From: a virus
Taxonomy: Duplodnaviria > Caudoviricetes
Length of the DNA stretch: 61,817 nt
Virus record (IMG/VR): IMGVR_UViG_3300046007_013304
Coordinates: 1-61,817 of that record
Direction: 5' to 3' (one strand)
Each line of letters begins with the position of its first letter. Within the stretch, counting starts at the first letter, position 1. Made by a program: the position numbers and the translations under genes. Shown here piece after piece: positions 36,724-47,215 of this stretch. The notes under the pieces were generated by a model. The model had not been told where the DNA came from. It was given only the letters and a program-made list of their open reading frames with translations, and did no database searches.

Positions 36724-37674
36724 ATGGCAACAAATCCATTTTTCAATCAAAAACATCCGGGAGAACAGCAACTCCTAGAAAAAATGACGATCGAACAGAT
36801 AAAAATGTTTGGTCAAGACATGACATATGTTCCCCGTGAAATGATAAAAGAAGATAAACTTTTTGGTGAGGGAAAATGGTATAAATTTCAAGATGCATTT
36901 CCGATTGAGATGTACATAGAATCCGTGAATGGATTCGAGGGTGCGGGTGATCTCATATCAAAATTTGGATTGCAGGTCAAGGACAGAATAACACTGATAA
37001 TGTCACAAAAAAGATTTGCTCAGGAAGTGACCTCGATCAGGACAGACATAAAAAGACCCAGAGAAGGTGATTTAATATTCATGCCTCTCTCGAATTCTCT
37101 TTTTGAGATAAACTTCGTGGAACACGAAGTTCCATTTTACTTTCATGGAAAAAATTACACATACAAGATAACCTGTGAACTTTTCACTTACGATCATTCC
37201 AAGATGGATACCGGAGTCACCGAGATCGATATCATCGAAGAAGAAAGACACTCAATTCCAAAATTACTTTATGTCAAAAGAATTTCTGGGATTACATATT
37301 ATGGTTTCTATGAAGGAGAAACAGTCAAACAATATCTCGAAAATTCGGAATCGCTTGGTGATATAACCGGATCTGCGATATCGACTGGAGTATTGGTTCA
37401 ATATAACGGCATTTCTGGAACCACGGCTATCTCTGCGGCTTATGTGACGACAAAGGATGCTTTTGGTGTCACCGGAGCAACATATATTCTATATGGCGAA
37501 TCATCCGGTGCCAAACAATACATTAGCGGAATCACAGCATCAAATACCCTTATACCATATAACTCTCTTATGGGCGAGAATTTCGGAGATAATGACATTA
37601 CTGCTCTTGAGGCTAAAAAAGATAACATCATAAATTATTGTGAAACAGATCCATTCTCAGAAGGAACACCATAA
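36724..37674 (+). CDS. gp14: neck protein gp14
   Basis: EQIKMFGQD.YVPR, SKFGLQ, RPREGDLI, FEINFVEHE. Confidence 0.92.
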   Translation: MATNPFFNQKHPGEQQLLEKMTIEQIKMFGQDMTYVPREMIKEDKLFGEGKWYKFQDAFPIEMYIESVNGFEGAGDLISKFGLQVKDRITLIMSQKRFAQEVTSIRTDIKRPREGDLIFMPLSNSLFEINFVEHEVPFYFHGKNYTYKITCELFTYDHSKMDTGVTEIDIIEEERHSIPKLLYVKRISGITYYGFYEGETVKQYLENSESLGDITGSAISTGVLVQYNGISGTTAISAAYVTTKDAFGVTGATYILYGESSGAKQYISGITASNTLIPYNSLMGENFGDNDITALEAKKDNIINYCETDPFSEGTP

Positions 37675-38360
37675 TGTTCGGACAATATTATAATGAGTCG
37701 GTAAGAAAATTGGTAGTGGCATTTGGAAATCTTTTCAATGAGGTTTACATAGCAAAGACCAAAGATGATAATTCTACGACACGCCTGAGAATTCCTTTGA
37801 CATACAGTCCAAAAGAAAAGTTCTATAGAAGAATTCGAGAACCCGGGACCATAACCGAAAATACAAGAGTTCAAATAGACTTGCCTAGACTTTGTTTCTC
37901 GATCAAAACCGTCGAATACGACACCGCAAGAAAACTGAATAAAATAAATGAACGCAGGGTAAGAGATCCGTCTGATAATAAAATTTACACGGTAAATAAA
38001 ATAGTTCCTTATAATTTTGTTTTCGAGTTGACTTCTTTTTGCAGAAGCATAGATGAAAATCTTCAAATAATGGAACAAATACTTCCAAATTTTGCACCGG
38101 AATTGGTCCAAACCATAAATTTCAATAAATCATACGAATCTGTGAATGTTCCGTTTATTTTAGATGCAATGACTCAATTTGAGGATACTGAAGGCTCATT
38201 CGAAGAAAGAAGATTGTTGCTCAACACATATACTATTACAGCAAAATCATATGTTTTTGGTCCTGTAGAAGAAACACCAAATGTAATTCAATCGTTTGCA
38301 TTTACCATAGACAATCTTACTGTTACCGGCGGAAATATCAATATAACAATTCAGGAGTAA
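37674..38360 (+). CDS. gp15: tail sheath stabiliser/completion protein gp15
   Basis: VVAFGNLFN, PLTYSPKEKF, LPR, QIMEQILPNF. Confidence 0.92.
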   Translation: MFGQYYNESVRKLVVAFGNLFNEVYIAKTKDDNSTTRLRIPLTYSPKEKFYRRIREPGTITENTRVQIDLPRLCFSIKTVEYDTARKLNKINERRVRDPSDNKIYTVNKIVPYNFVFELTSFCRSIDENLQIMEQILPNFAPELVQTINFNKSYESVNVPFILDAMTQFEDTEGSFEERRLLLNTYTITAKSYVFGPVEETPNVIQSFAFTIDNLTVTGGNINITIQE

Positions 38361-38362
38361 TT

Positions 38363-38812
38363 ATGAGTTTAGAAAAAATAGGTGATGCTCTTGGCATTCC
38401 TTTTGTCACCAGTGAAGAAAAATCGTTGTCAGAACCGGTAAAAGTTTCTCAACCGAAAGACGATAAAACGGATTCGGATTTCCAAGAAGTCAGAAAAAAT
38501 CTCAGAAATCTAATAGCCACGGGCGAAGAGGCTATTGAGGGGATACTCAAGGTTGCTCAAGAAGGAGATTCCCCTAGAGCATATGAAGTTGCAGCAACTC
38601 TCATAAAAACAGTCTCGGAAATAAACAAAGATATCATTGACATACATCAAAGAATGAAAAGCATGGAACAAACGAAAGTTGTACAAAACAATACGACAAA
38701 CAATTCAATATTCGTGGGTTCCACATCAGATCTTCAGGATCTGATAAACAGTGCAAGAAGCAGAAAAAAAGCATTGACTGAAATCAAACTGGAAGAAAAA
38801 GATGGCGAATAA
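38363..38812 (+). CDS. gp16: terminase small subunit gp16
   Basis: SPRAYEVAATLIK, NNSIFVGSTSDLQ. Confidence 0.92.
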   Translation: MSLEKIGDALGIPFVTSEEKSLSEPVKVSQPKDDKTDSDFQEVRKNLRNLIATGEEAIEGILKVAQEGDSPRAYEVAATLIKTVSEINKDIIDIHQRMKSMEQTKVVQNNTTNNSIFVGSTSDLQDLINSARSRKKALTEIKLEEKDGE

Positions 38813-40469
38813 AAGATCTCTTGAGGGTTATAGGGACAATGTAAACCTGAAACCATATGGTGTAAAGGTAAATTTTACCCCGGAGCAAGTTGAAGAATAT
38901 GTCAAATGTGCTTCTGACCCGATTTATTTTGCCACTCGCTACATGAAAGCGGTCTCTCTTGATGAAGGACTAATTCCATATCATCCGTATCCTTATCAAA
39001 AAAATATGATTGAAACTTGTGCAAACAACAGGTTCGTCATATGCAAGCTCCCCCGTCAAAGTGGTAAAACATTGACTATGTGTGCTTATCTTCTCTGGAA
39101 TGTGATGTTCAATCAGGATATCAATGTTGCAGTTCTTGCAAACAAGAAAACAATCGCCTATGAAATTTTGGAAAGAATCAAGAACGCATACCAATACATT
39201 CCAAAATGGCTCCAGCAAGGAGTGAAGGAATGGAATAAGGGATCCATAGTGTTGGAAAACGGTTCTCGCGTCATAGCATCCGCAACAAGCTCATCCGCCG
39301 TCCGTGGTCTGTCTTTGAACATCATTTATCTGGACGAATTTGCCCACATTCCAAACAACATAGCCGAAGATTTCTTCTCCAGCGTTTACCCTACGATCTC
39401 TGCAGGTAAGGACACTAAAGTCATCATTACCAGCACACCTAGGGGACTGAACAAGTTTTATCAGTTGTGGAAGGGTGCCACAAAGAAAAAGGGAGAAGAA
39501 GGAAAAAACGAATTTATACCAATTGAGGTTTCTTGGAGAGATGTTCCAAAATATCCCGGTGGACCGCTTCGCGACGATAAATGGATGATGGAAACGATAG
39601 CAAATACCAGTCTTGAGCAGTTCAATCAGGAATATAATACTGAATTTTTGGGATCTACAAATACCCTAATAGCATCGTGGAAACTGAGTTCCATGAATTG
39701 GTCAAAGCCAATAAAAACACATAAAGACGGATTGATGATATACGAGGAACCAAAACCGGATCATATTTACATTTTGACGGTCGATGTGGCTAGAGGCATA
39801 GGAAAAGATTATAGTGCATTCACGGTTGTAGACGCAAGCGTATCTCCATATAAACTTGTCGCAAAATACAGGAATAATTTAATTCCTCCTCTTGTGTTCC
39901 CAAATATCATAGAATCTGTGGCAAGATTGTATAATAATTCGTGGGTTCTGGTCGAAGTAAACGACATAGGTGGTCAGGTTGTTGATATTCTTCATTCTGA
40001 ATTGGAATATGAAAATATAGTTTCTACCATCGCAAAGGGAAGAAAAGGTCAAGTCGTAAGTGGTGGGTTCGGAAAAGGCAACAAACTTCAGGGAGTCAGA
40101 ACAACCGTGGCGTTGAAAAAAACCGGCTGTTCAATTCTCAAAAATTTGGTCGAACAGGATCGATTAATTATTGAGGATCAGGACATTGTTGACGAATTAA
40201 TGACATTTGTGTCTCATGGAGAGATGGGGTGGAAAGCTGAAGATGGTCACTCGGACGATTTGGTAATGTGTCTAATATTATTTTCTTGGCTTTGCAGACA
40301 ACAATATTTCAAAGACATGACCTCGATCGACATCCGAAAAGGAATGATGGAGGATGAAATAGAGGATATTGAGAATGAATTGACTCCTTTTGGGTTCATG
40401 GCTACAGGATCTGAGATAGAAACTGAAATTTTGGACGGAAATGACTATTGGAAGGCTAGTTCAGGCTAA
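38802..40469 (+). CDS. gp17: terminase large subunit gp17
   Basis: PRQSGKT, IYLDEFAH, DVARG, DDLVM; no intein seen. Confidence 0.96.
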   Translation: MANKRSLEGYRDNVNLKPYGVKVNFTPEQVEEYVKCASDPIYFATRYMKAVSLDEGLIPYHPYPYQKNMIETCANNRFVICKLPRQSGKTLTMCAYLLWNVMFNQDINVAVLANKKTIAYEILERIKNAYQYIPKWLQQGVKEWNKGSIVLENGSRVIASATSSSAVRGLSLNIIYLDEFAHIPNNIAEDFFSSVYPTISAGKDTKVIITSTPRGLNKFYQLWKGATKKKGEEGKNEFIPIEVSWRDVPKYPGGPLRDDKWMMETIANTSLEQFNQEYNTEFLGSTNTLIASWKLSSMNWSKPIKTHKDGLMIYEEPKPDHIYILTVDVARGIGKDYSAFTVVDASVSPYKLVAKYRNNLIPPLVFPNIIESVARLYNNSWVLVEVNDIGGQVVDILHSELEYENIVSTIAKGRKGQVVSGGFGKGNKLQGVRTTVALKKTGCSILKNLVEQDRLIIEDQDIVDELMTFVSHGEMGWKAEDGHSDDLVMCLILFSWLCRQQYFKDMTSIDIRKGMMEDEIEDIENELTPFGFMATGSEIETEILDGNDYWKASSG

Positions 40470-40511
40470 TTCAAAAGAATAATAAATAAATCAGTAGAAA
40501 AAGGAGAAAAA

Positions 40512-41789
40512 ATGTCTTCCAAAATTATAGTTGAATTATTGGGCAACAATCTTGTTCCTTCCTTTAGTGAAGATCTCTCAAATTCAATAGCAGCGGTTTA
40601 TGGTCACACTTATTCTGGTGAATCAGGTTCAACTCTTACTATTTTTAGCGAATTTGCAATAGGAAGCGAGTTATCTGATGGCTATTTTAGAGTCTCTGAT
40701 GCAAGCGACTGGGTAAAAAGATATGTTAGTAAATTTGCCGGAGTTTCGGGTGAAGATCAAGTTTTAAGCCCCAATCCGTCAAATACCCTTCCAATTTGTA
40801 GAGCCAAAGGTGATTCTGGTTGCTTCCTGGGTGCAAATGGCAACCTAGCGACACATTGGTGGTCAATTCATAATTATTTGACATATGGTGGAAGTTGTTT
40901 GGTTGCAGGTGGATATACAGGTTTCAATAGTACAAACACCCCCCTTCTGGACAAATCAGTCCTGAACGACATTGATGTTATTTTTGCTCTTGACCATGGC
41001 ATCACTCAAGCCACAATTGTCCGCGAATTGGTTGCGGGTAGAGGAAATGATTGCTTTGGTATCGTCGGGGTGAGTGGAAGCCTAAGTGGTTTCGGTGAAC
41101 CTGTTCCTGGAAACACTTTTCTTGGTCAGACAGCAGGATTGATGGAACCAAGAGGTGCAAGCCTTGGCAAGTATGGAATGGCAATTTATGGAAGTAAACA
41201 ACACTCGGGAATAGACCCGAACGACACTACTACCTTGGTATCGACTCCTTTGATGGCAGATGCAGCCGGTTGTCTTGCTCGCGTAGACAATGATCGCTAT
41301 CCCTGGGTTTCTCCTGCTGGGATGAGAAGAGGACAGATATTGAACACTGTTCGATTAAAGGAACAACCAAGCGATGCAGTTCAAACACATTTACTGTCCA
41401 AGAAGATCAACTTTGCAACGACAATACCGACACAAGGAACATATCTGTTCTCGGATAGAACTCTTGATGAAGATACCAGTCCATACAGAAATATAAACAT
41501 TTCAAGGTTGCTGATTTATCTGATCAAGAACATCACACCGATTGCAAATCAATATCTCTTTGAAATCAACAACGAACGAACTAGAACTTCATTCGTGAAT
41601 GCCATAACACCAATTTTTACTACAATACAGAGTACAAATGGTATTGAAACCTACAAAATTGTTTGTGATAGGTCAAACAATCCGGATTCTGTAGTAAGAG
41701 ATAACAAGTTCGTAGTCGATGTAACCATTAGACCGGTCAACTATATCGATACAATCACAATCAGATTCACTAACCTTGATGAGGTATAA
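40512..41789 (+). CDS. gp18: tail sheath protein gp18, short form
   Basis: PWVSPAG..RG, RNINISRL, LFEINNERTR, IVCDRSNN. Confidence 0.88.
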   Translation: MSSKIIVELLGNNLVPSFSEDLSNSIAAVYGHTYSGESGSTLTIFSEFAIGSELSDGYFRVSDASDWVKRYVSKFAGVSGEDQVLSPNPSNTLPICRAKGDSGCFLGANGNLATHWWSIHNYLTYGGSCLVAGGYTGFNSTNTPLLDKSVLNDIDVIFALDHGITQATIVRELVAGRGNDCFGIVGVSGSLSGFGEPVPGNTFLGQTAGLMEPRGASLGKYGMAIYGSKQHSGIDPNDTTTLVSTPLMADAAGCLARVDNDRYPWVSPAGMRRGQILNTVRLKEQPSDAVQTHLLSKKINFATTIPTQGTYLFSDRTLDEDTSPYRNINISRLLIYLIKNITPIANQYLFEINNERTRTSFVNAITPIFTTIQSTNGIETYKIVCDRSNNPDSVVRDNKFVVDVTIRPVNYIDTITIRFTNLDEV

Positions 41790-41791
41790 GC

Positions 41792-42349
41792 ATGGCTGGA
41801 GCAACAGGACAATCGATAGATGATTTTATTGACGGTTTTGGTGGTGGGTTAAGACCAAATAGATTTTTGGTTATTCCCACATTCCCCAGTGGCGTGACAC
41901 TTACGAATGCCAATGCTTATAGTTTTTTTATAAGAGCAGCGGCTCTTCCTAGTTCAGATTTAGCTGTAATTCCTATTGCTTATAGAGGAAGAACATTTAA
42001 AATGCCAGGAGCTAGAACATATACCCCCTGGCAAATGGTTGTATTAGATGATGTTGGTGGCGAATTATGGGATGTTTATCATTTGTGGTCAAGTAAAATA
42101 TTAAAACACAAATCAAATAAAATAGCCAGTTCCGGAACTAATATGGATGATTTTTCTAGTTTAATGGCAAGTCATACAATCAAACAACTTGATATAAATG
42201 GAACTACCGAAAAAACAGTTGTTCTTAATAAGTGTTGGCCATCTGAAGTAGGACCTGTTGAATTTTCTATGGCTGACAATGAAAATTATGTAACATTTAC
42301 AGTTACTTTAGAATATCAATACTTTACTACTGCTATAGGAGCAGGGTGA
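41792..42349 (+). CDS. gp19: tail tube protein gp19, copy 1
   Basis: GGGLRPNRF, YRGR.FKMPGARTY, CWPSEVG. Confidence 0.88.
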   Translation: MAGATGQSIDDFIDGFGGGLRPNRFLVIPTFPSGVTLTNANAYSFFIRAAALPSSDLAVIPIAYRGRTFKMPGARTYTPWQMVVLDDVGGELWDVYHLWSSKILKHKSNKIASSGTNMDDFSSLMASHTIKQLDINGTTEKTVVLNKCWPSEVGPVEFSMADNENYVTFTVTLEYQYFTTAIGAG

Positions 42350-42367
42350 TAACAAGGGAAAAAAACA

Positions 42368-42925
42368 ATGGCAAATAGTATACAAGACTTTATTTCAAAT
42401 TTTCAAGGTGGTTTAAGACCAAATAGATTTAGAGTTATCGGTGCCATAGGAGAAGATGGAGATACAACAGATTTTCATATAATATCAGCATCTCTTCCCG
42501 CTTCAAAAATTAGTACAATCGAAGTGCCATATAGGGGTAGAATTTATAAAATTCCAGGAAATAGAGAATATAGTGAATGGGAAATAACTATATTGGATGA
42601 TACTGCTTCAGGAACGGTCTTGTGGAAAGATTTTCATGATTGGAGTGAAAATTTTAATTCTCATGTGGCTAATACTTTAGCCGGTGGGATTGCTCCTGGT
42701 TTTGGTGCTGGCAGTAATGCTTCCGCTGATGGAGCAGGCATGAATGATTGGACTGTTGAACAATTAGATCTTAACGGTGTTGCGGTAAAAAAAGTAACAT
42801 TAATAAATTGTTGGCCATCAAAAGTCGGAGCCGTTTCCCTTTCTATGGATAAAAATGAAGAACTTGTAAGTTTCCCTGTAACAATACAATATCAATATAT
42901 TGAAATTGATGGTTTAACTGAATAA
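42368..42925 (+). CDS. gp19: tail tube protein gp19, copy 2
   Basis: GGLRPNRF, VPYRGRIYKIPGNREY, CWPSKVG. Confidence 0.88.
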   Translation: MANSIQDFISNFQGGLRPNRFRVIGAIGEDGDTTDFHIISASLPASKISTIEVPYRGRIYKIPGNREYSEWEITILDDTASGTVLWKDFHDWSENFNSHVANTLAGGIAPGFGAGSNASADGAGMNDWTVEQLDLNGVAVKKVTLINCWPSKVGAVSLSMDKNEELVSFPVTIQYQYIEIDGLTE

Positions 42926-42950
42926 TAATAAAAAGTAAAGGATATACATC

Positions 42951-44555
42951 ATGGCATTAGAAATTTGGGGCTTTACGATAGGCAGAAAACGCGCTGACGG
43001 CACTCAGGAAACTTCTCCGCCACAACCACAAGTAGTTCCTCCTGACAAGTATGACGGTGCTCATGTCATCGAAACAGGCGGTGTTCAAGGAACACTGGTT
43101 GACTTTTCCGGTGCTGTAAGAGACGAAAATGCACTCATACAGCAATACAGATCAATGTCAATTTATTCTGAAGTGGACAAGGCACTTGATGATATCGTAA
43201 ATGATGCCATCGTGCCCGGAAGCCAAAAGAGACCTGTAAGAATAAATTTGGACAATGTTCCATTGTCGGAACAAATAAAAACCAAGATTCAAAACGAATT
43301 TAACACTATTTTGACTCTGTTGGATTTCAACAACAGAGGATATGATATTTTTAGAAAATGGTATGTGGACAGCAAAATATATTATTATATTCAAATAGAC
43401 AATGACAATCCTCAAGCAGGGATTCAAGATCTAATTCCCATAGATCCTATAAAGATCAAAAAAGTCCGTAGAATAGAAAAAGAAAGAAAACGCCCAGATC
43501 CGAATGTAAATGTCGTTCTTCCGATCATCAAGAAAATGGAAGAATTTTATATCTATACTGATACTGAGAGAGAAGCACTCATACCAACCTCGACGGCTGG
43601 AATTAAGTTTTCTACCGATAGTGTTTGTTATGTTCACTCTGGAATAGTCGATTCATCGACAAGAAGAGTGGTTGGTTATCTTCAGAAGGCTATTCGCCCG
43701 CTCAACATGCTTCGCCAGATTGAAGATTCTGTTGTCATTTATCGTATTGCAAGAGCCCCAGAACGAAGAGTTTTTTATGTGGATGTCGGTAATTTGCCAA
43801 AGCAAAAAGCAGAGCAATATGTTCGTGACATCATGAACAGATATCGCAATAAGATCACATATGATTCATCCACTGGTCAAATCAGGGATGACAGAAATTT
43901 CCAATCCATGTTGGAAGACTTCTGGATGCCTCGCCGTGAGGGTGGTAGGGGAACTGAGATCAGTACACTGGATTCAGGTGCAAATCTTGGAGAAATGACG
44001 GATGTCGAATACTTCCAGAGAAAACTCTGGCAAGCATTGAATGTGCCCCTTTCCCGCATGTTGCCGGAAACCGGTTTCAATATGGGACGAGCAGCCGAGA
44101 TCACAAGAGATGAAGTAAAATTCTATAAGTTCATAGATAGACTTAGGAACAGATTTTCTGTTCTGTTTTCATCTCTCTTAAGAACACAACTCATTCTCAA
44201 GGGCGTGATCAGTGAGCAGGATTGGGAAGATATCAATCAAAATATCGCTTTCTTGTACAACAGGGACTCTTACTTCGATGAGTTGAAAGAAGCAGAGATT
44301 CTGAAAGAAAGAATGGATTTGTTGGCTACGGTCGCTCCGTTTGCAGGAAAATACTTCTCTGAAGAGTACATCAGAAAGAACTTCCTCAAGCAAGACGATC
44401 AGGACATCATAAGAATGAATGCCGAAATGGAGCAGGAGTTTGCGATTGAACAGGAAAGAATGATGCAACAGCAAATGATGCAACAACAATTGGCACCGGA
44501 AGGACAACCGCAGGGGCAGCAAGGACAAAACAAAAATGAACAAAAGGCTGGCTAA
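42951..44555 (+). CDS. gp20: portal protein gp20
   Basis: YRIARAPERRVFYVDVGNLPKQKAEQY, EDFWMPRREGGRGTEI. Confidence 0.97.
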   Translation: MALEIWGFTIGRKRADGTQETSPPQPQVVPPDKYDGAHVIETGGVQGTLVDFSGAVRDENALIQQYRSMSIYSEVDKALDDIVNDAIVPGSQKRPVRINLDNVPLSEQIKTKIQNEFNTILTLLDFNNRGYDIFRKWYVDSKIYYYIQIDNDNPQAGIQDLIPIDPIKIKKVRRIEKERKRPDPNVNVVLPIIKKMEEFYIYTDTEREALIPTSTAGIKFSTDSVCYVHSGIVDSSTRRVVGYLQKAIRPLNMLRQIEDSVVIYRIARAPERRVFYVDVGNLPKQKAEQYVRDIMNRYRNKITYDSSTGQIRDDRNFQSMLEDFWMPRREGGRGTEISTLDSGANLGEMTDVEYFQRKLWQALNVPLSRMLPETGFNMGRAAEITRDEVKFYKFIDRLRNRFSVLFSSLLRTQLILKGVISEQDWEDINQNIAFLYNRDSYFDELKEAEILKERMDLLATVAPFAGKYFSEEYIRKNFLKQDDQDIIRMNAEMEQEFAIEQERMMQQQMMQQQLAPEGQPQGQQGQNKNEQKAG

Positions 44556-44997
44556 AACAATTCGATTGATCTCTTCCAAGGGGAAGTCGGATTTTGTTTC
44601 ATCCCTGAAAGAAGAAATCGACAACCGTCTAAATGACAAGGTTGTCGATTTCTATGCCAGAATATGTGAAAGTTTGTATGAAACAAACACCGCTCTAGCT
44701 GAAGAAAATTCATCGACCTCTGTAGCCATTATAAATGAAAGCGTAGAAAAACCAATAGTGACCATCATTTCTTCATTACAGGAATCGATCAGGGACGAAA
44801 AAACAATCATACACAATTTCATGAATGGAGATACCATCGCCATAACACATGAAGATTCAAGATGTTTAGTCAACTTGCATGATTCTCTGAATAGAATAAA
44901 TCAAGAAAAGATGAGAAAACTGATGTCTGAAAATTATTCGGAATACAACAAAATCTTACAATTTTCCAAAAAATATACCGAAAGGACTCAAAAATGA
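44536..44997 (+). CDS. prohead core-associated protein with gp67-like N-terminal helix
   Basis: Position between gp20 and gp21; amphipathic N-terminus. Confidence 0.6.
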   Translation: MNKRLAKTIRLISSKGKSDFVSSLKEEIDNRLNDKVVDFYARICESLYETNTALAEENSSTSVAIINESVEKPIVTIISSLQESIRDEKTIIHNFMNGDTIAITHEDSRCLVNLHDSLNRINQEKMRKLMSENYSEYNKILQFSKKYTERTQK

Positions 44998-45515
44998 GTA
45001 GTTTAGATCTAATCAAATTCGCAGCAAACGAAAACCATGTTAAATTTCGTTCAGCATTGAACGAAATGCTTTATGCAAAACTTTCTTATGTGATTAAGGA
45101 ATCCACAATCGACATGATTTCTGAAGTCTTCAATGTTGAAAGATTGCAGGAATCTTCCGACCTTGTTGATTACATCAATAATGTCATTTCAGAAGCCGAA
45201 GAACGACTGGGAACTGAATTCACCGAACAAGAAATCAGCGAAAGCGTTTCTTATATCATCTCTCTTCTAGAAAAGAAAAAGGAAGAAGATGAAGACGAGG
45301 AAGATGAAGATAAGAAAAAGAGCAAGAAGAAAAAATCCCACAAGAAAAAATCAAAGAAAAAAGATGATGAGGATGAGGACGAAGACGAGGAAGATGAAGA
45401 CGAAAAGGACGAGGAAGAGGAAGAAGAGGAAGAAGAGGAAGATAAAGTCAAGAAGAAAAATGGTAAAATTTTTCACTTTGACATAAATTCTCACAACAAG
45501 GAAAAAGATAAATGA
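44994..45515 (+). CDS. gp67: prohead core protein, gp67-like
   Basis: N-terminal helix and D/E- and K-rich tail; synteny. Confidence 0.65.
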   Translation: MSSLDLIKFAANENHVKFRSALNEMLYAKLSYVIKESTIDMISEVFNVERLQESSDLVDYINNVISEAEERLGTEFTEQEISESVSYIISLLEKKKEEDEDEEDEDKKKSKKKKSHKKKSKKKDDEDEDEDEEDEDEKDEEEEEEEEEEDKVKKKNGKIFHFDINSHNKEKDK

Positions 45516-46171
45516 AACTAATCACAGAAATGAACGAGGACATTTCTTTCGTAGTCGAAGGAAATGAAAATGGAAAAAAGAAGTTTGCCATCGAAGGCGT
45601 TTTCATGCAATCCGATACCGTGAACAGAAACGGTAGAGTTTATCCTCGTACCATACTGGAAAACGAGGTAAATCGTTACAGCAAAAAATATGTCAATGAA
45701 AACAGAGCTCTTGGTGAATTAAACCATCCATCAGGACCCACTGTGAATCTTGACAAAGTTTCACATCTTATAACCAACCTGAGAATGGAAGGAAAAGATG
45801 TCATCGGTAAGGCTAAACTTCTGGAAACTCCATGTGGTCTAATTGCCCAAAATCTATTAGAGGCAGGGGTAAAATTAGGAGTTTCTTCCCGTGGCATGGG
45901 AAGTCTCAAGGAAAGCAGGGGTTATAAGGAAGTTCAAAAAGATTTTATGCTTTCAGCCGTGGATTTAGTGGCTGATCCATCCGCTCCAAATGCCTTTGTC
46001 AACGGCATAATGGAAGGAGTAGAATGGATTTGGGACAATGGAGTTCTAAAACAAGAAGTTGTCGAGAATTACAGACAAATTGTAAAAAGAGCCCCATCCA
46101 AAAAACTACAAGAAACTGCAGTAAATGTGTTTGAAGACTTTATGAGAAAACTCTCAAAAGGTAAAAAATAA
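45512..46171 (+). CDS. gp21: prohead protease gp21
   Basis: MKLITE, NRNGRVYP, ALGELNHP, GVSSRGMGS, DLVADPSAP. Confidence 0.96.
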   Translation: MKLITEMNEDISFVVEGNENGKKKFAIEGVFMQSDTVNRNGRVYPRTILENEVNRYSKKYVNENRALGELNHPSGPTVNLDKVSHLITNLRMEGKDVIGKAKLLETPCGLIAQNLLEAGVKLGVSSRGMGSLKESRGYKEVQKDFMLSAVDLVADPSAPNAFVNGIMEGVEWIWDNGVLKQEVVENYRQIVKRAPSKKLQETAVNVFEDFMRKLSKGKK

Positions 46172-46210
46172 AATTACATAAATAAAAAAGACCATCAAAG
46201 AGGAACAAAA

Positions 46211-47194
46211 ATGGATAAAATTGCACAACAAGATGTTATGGATGCCTCCGGTAGAGGAGACTCAGATTACTCAGGAAGAGGTTCAATGTTCATCAAACCA
46301 GTCGCTCAACCCGGGGTTGCTGGAATGAACATGGCTTCACTTGCACCAATGTCTCGCATGGGTCAACCAGCCGCCGCTGTTGGCCAAAATGCTCCACCTC
46401 CACAAGAGGGGGAAGAAGAAGGCGAAGAAGAATTCAAGAAGAAGAGAGCTGCTGCAGCTTATGCAACAGAAACTTTTGATTTTGATTCACTCTTCGATGG
46501 TGAAAGCCTCACCGAAGAATTCAAAGAAAAAGTAAGAGTTGTTTTTGAAGCAGCTGTCAATGAAAGAGTCAACAATATCGCTAACACTCTTGCTGAACAG
46601 GCAAGTGAAGCAGTTGAACAACAAGTTCAACAGATATCAGAAGGTCTTTCACAAAAACTAGATGATTATCTCAACTATGTCATTGAAGAATGGATGACCG
46701 AAAACAAACTCGCACTTGAAGAGGGCATTCGCATGGATATTGCTGAATCCTTCCTCAGTGGACTCAAGGAACTCTTTGAATCTCACTATGTCAGCGTCCC
46801 TGAAGGAAAGATTGACATTCTTGAAAGCGTCAATGACAATAATGAAACACTCGAAAAAGAACTGAACGAAAGAGTCAATGAAAATATTGCTCTTCGCAAA
46901 GCTCTTCTCGATCATCAATGCGGCATTGTTTTCCTTGAGGCAGCAAACGGTCTGACCGATGTTCAGATTGAAAAACTCGCTTCACTTTCACAAGGTCTGC
47001 AATATGAGAATGTTGCACAATATGCAGAAAAACTAAACATTCTCAAGGAAAGTTATTTCCGTCCAGCAGCACCGATGATGAGAGAAGCAGCTGAACTATT
47101 AGAAGAAACCACAGATAAACGAATCGTTAACACAAATGACACAATGGGGATCTATGCATCCGCCATCGCTCGTCAAGCTAAGAAACAAGTCTAA
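46211..47194 (+). CDS. gp22: prohead scaffold protein gp22
   Basis: EEFKEK..VFEAAV, DYLNYVIEEW..EN, LKESYF; CATAAATA at 46177. Confidence 0.92.
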   Translation: MDKIAQQDVMDASGRGDSDYSGRGSMFIKPVAQPGVAGMNMASLAPMSRMGQPAAAVGQNAPPPQEGEEEGEEEFKKKRAAAAYATETFDFDSLFDGESLTEEFKEKVRVVFEAAVNERVNNIANTLAEQASEAVEQQVQQISEGLSQKLDDYLNYVIEEWMTENKLALEEGIRMDIAESFLSGLKELFESHYVSVPEGKIDILESVNDNNETLEKELNERVNENIALRKALLDHQCGIVFLEAANGLTDVQIEKLASLSQGLQYENVAQYAEKLNILKESYFRPAAPMMREAAELLEETTDKRIVNTNDTMGIYASAIARQAKKQV

Positions 47195-47215
47195 TTAAAT
47201 AACAAAGGAGAAAAA

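Noticed and set aside
45251-45486. Poly-Ser and Arg/Lys ORFs; apparent tandem repeat
   Set aside because: Alternative frames of the D/E/K tail of the gp67-like gene.
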